This document shows positions 62,196 to 64,000 of a stretch of DNA of 64,000 nucleotides, piece after piece. A program made the position numbers and the translations under genes. Under the pieces are notes generated by a model. That model searched no databases and had not been told where the DNA came from. It saw only the letters and a list, made by a program, of their open reading frames with translations. Each line of letters starts with the position of its first letter. Position 1 is the stretch's first letter. Location: assembly GCA_976551045.1 (NCBI GenBank), contig CDPCPM010000120.1:7440001-7504000 (forward strand). The letters are read 5' to 3'. This DNA is from Glaucostegus cemiculus (lineage: Eukaryota).

Positions 62196-63774
62196 CAAAA
62201 GGAATCTGGTTCAGCTATACCTACCCCTTTACCATTCTTGGTGTTTTTAAATGTCAATATGTGGCAGTGTGCACCCAAGGTATCGTGCATACAGCCTCAA
62301 GTATACCCACATGCTGTGTCTTCATTTAAGTAGAGCAATTTCAGGTGCTTAGCTTCTGGTCCCAACAGCACTTTCCTCACGTACGCCACACACATCACTC
62401 ACACACAATGCTGGAGGAAGTATGTTGTGGGATTTCAATTTGTTATTTTAAAACTTCATTTAAAAAAATTAAACTTCATTTGAAAGGTAAAGTTTAAACT
62501 TCATTTAAAATCAAAAATGAGATTCAGCCTCTGCTTGGCTATATTATGGTAGACATCAGCTGTGAAAGAATCTTTAGTGGATGAGATGGAAGTGAATTGG
62601 CCATTTCAATATGTAGGTGGATTGCAACAGTTAACCCTATTTCAACCAACAAAGCAGCAGGCACCTACTGGTCATTGCTGCTCTTAGAATGATTAATGTT
62701 GCAAGTCTTCTAGCGTTCAATGTCATACTGCTATTATTGAAAATGACAATTTATATTGCAGATAGAAACAGTCTGCAGTTATTTAGCACTTATAAATAAT
62801 AAATCACTTTGGGATTGGAAATTAGCAAGGTAAATGAACGCTAAGCAATTGCAGGAGAGGTTTTGGAAGCTGAATCTGAAAATCTAATGTCTTTGGGAAA
62901 AGATGATTGGCTTCCAGCAAGGAAATTCTGTTATCATTGCAATAACTAATCCATTTCTCATTGTTTGATACAATTTAGTGGGAACTGAGTTCGCTGAAGA
63001 CTGGTTGAGTGACAAGGAAGACCTCAGAATGGAGCACTGTTTACACTGTTTTCCATCACATTGTAATGATTGTGAATAGGGTTTTGGGAGGTCTTTAACT
63101 GGCTAAGTTGGATTTGTCTGCTTATTGTGAATGAGATATACTTGGACAAATATCCATATTGTCTGTAGTTGCCAGTGTTACATCTGTACTTGAAGAAAAT
63201 GGTTCGGGCAGTTCTCAAAGATGGTGTAAGTTCTCGATCTTGCAGCAGCATTTCAGCAGCAGTTGTTTAGAGGAATAAATCCACCTCTCTTTGTAGAATG
63301 ACAGTAATCTCATTGTCCTTATCTCTCTATGAAGTTTGCAGAAAGTCTTATGAACGTTACTGTGTGTTCTGCCAGTACACCCATTCTTTATTGTCTAGAT
63401 TCATTACAGCTTAATGATGAATCTATTGACCTGCTTCTTGCTTGATTTTGATGTAGACCACCTCCTTAATTGGTAAACCATTAAACCTTTTATAGAACTA
63501 TACTCACTGCAGCTCCACAGTTAAAAGTCCTACCCAGCCACTTGGCATTTGCTTCTGTGATCTGCTGCAGGGAGCTCAAGAAGCTGGCTGATGTATCAGA
63601 AAGCTGTTGCAGGTTTCCATGGTGACCGTGGTAGAAACACAAAGCCATTTCTCCACTTATTACTTCCTTGCAGTGTCCTCTCCCAAGCAAACATTCCCAG
63701 CATCAAGGTTCTAATTACACTCAGTTGGCTCCATCAGACAGGCCACATCATTCGCCTGCCCCCTGCCAACATTG

Positions 63775-63945
63775 ACATTGTAGATATAGTTACAATATTT
63801 AAAAGGCATTGGGATGGGTTCCTGGATAGGAAAGGCATAGAGAGATAATGAGGGAAAATGGGATTAGGGTGGATCAGCGTCATGGGTGAGGTGGGCTGGA
63901 AGGGCCAGGTTCTTGCTGTGTGTGTTTCTAGGATCCTATGTTCTG
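63775..63945 (+). mobile_element. CR1 3' end fragment
   Basis: acaatatttaaaaggcattgggatggg...atgggattag...gggctggaagggcc tail. Confidence 0.65.
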
Positions 63946-64000
63946 AGCTCCCTCACAGCAAGGAAGTACAAAGTGTGCAGAGGCAAAGCAGGCATGGTAG

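Overview
This is AT-rich vertebrate genomic DNA. The repeat content (HE1/V-SINE-like SINEs, many CR1 LINE pieces, Rex1/Babar, Penelope-like and Harbinger relics) suggests a cartilaginous fish, which is an inference. Two protein-coding genes sit tail to tail. The + strand carries the last four coding exons of SLC25A21, the mitochondrial 2-oxodicarboxylate carrier (7515-10100). The - strand carries a complete four-coding-exon PAX9 (18544->12460, 1041 nt CDS, 346 aa). PAX9 and about 10 kb upstream lie in a repeat-poor, CpG-retaining domain (~13-29 kb) with a motif-rich promoter and several enhancer-like blocks. The rest (~30-64 kb) is a gene desert full of nested, decayed transposons. I found no new protein-coding system. 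The most notable hidden structures are: (i) a Penelope-like retroelement family whose dispersed terminal repeats carry minimal hammerhead-ribozyme motifs with compensatory stem changes; (ii) a 162-bp near-perfect inverted duplication of an otherwise ancient CR1 segment; (iii) a clean 832-bp solo LTR with a 4-bp TSD; (iv) a PAX9 exon 2/3 linker that looks PAX1-like and possibly ancestral. Exon coordinates were read to the base. Repeat boundaries are approximate unless stated otherwise. Comparisons with human proteins and repeat consensus sequences are from memory, not from a database search.
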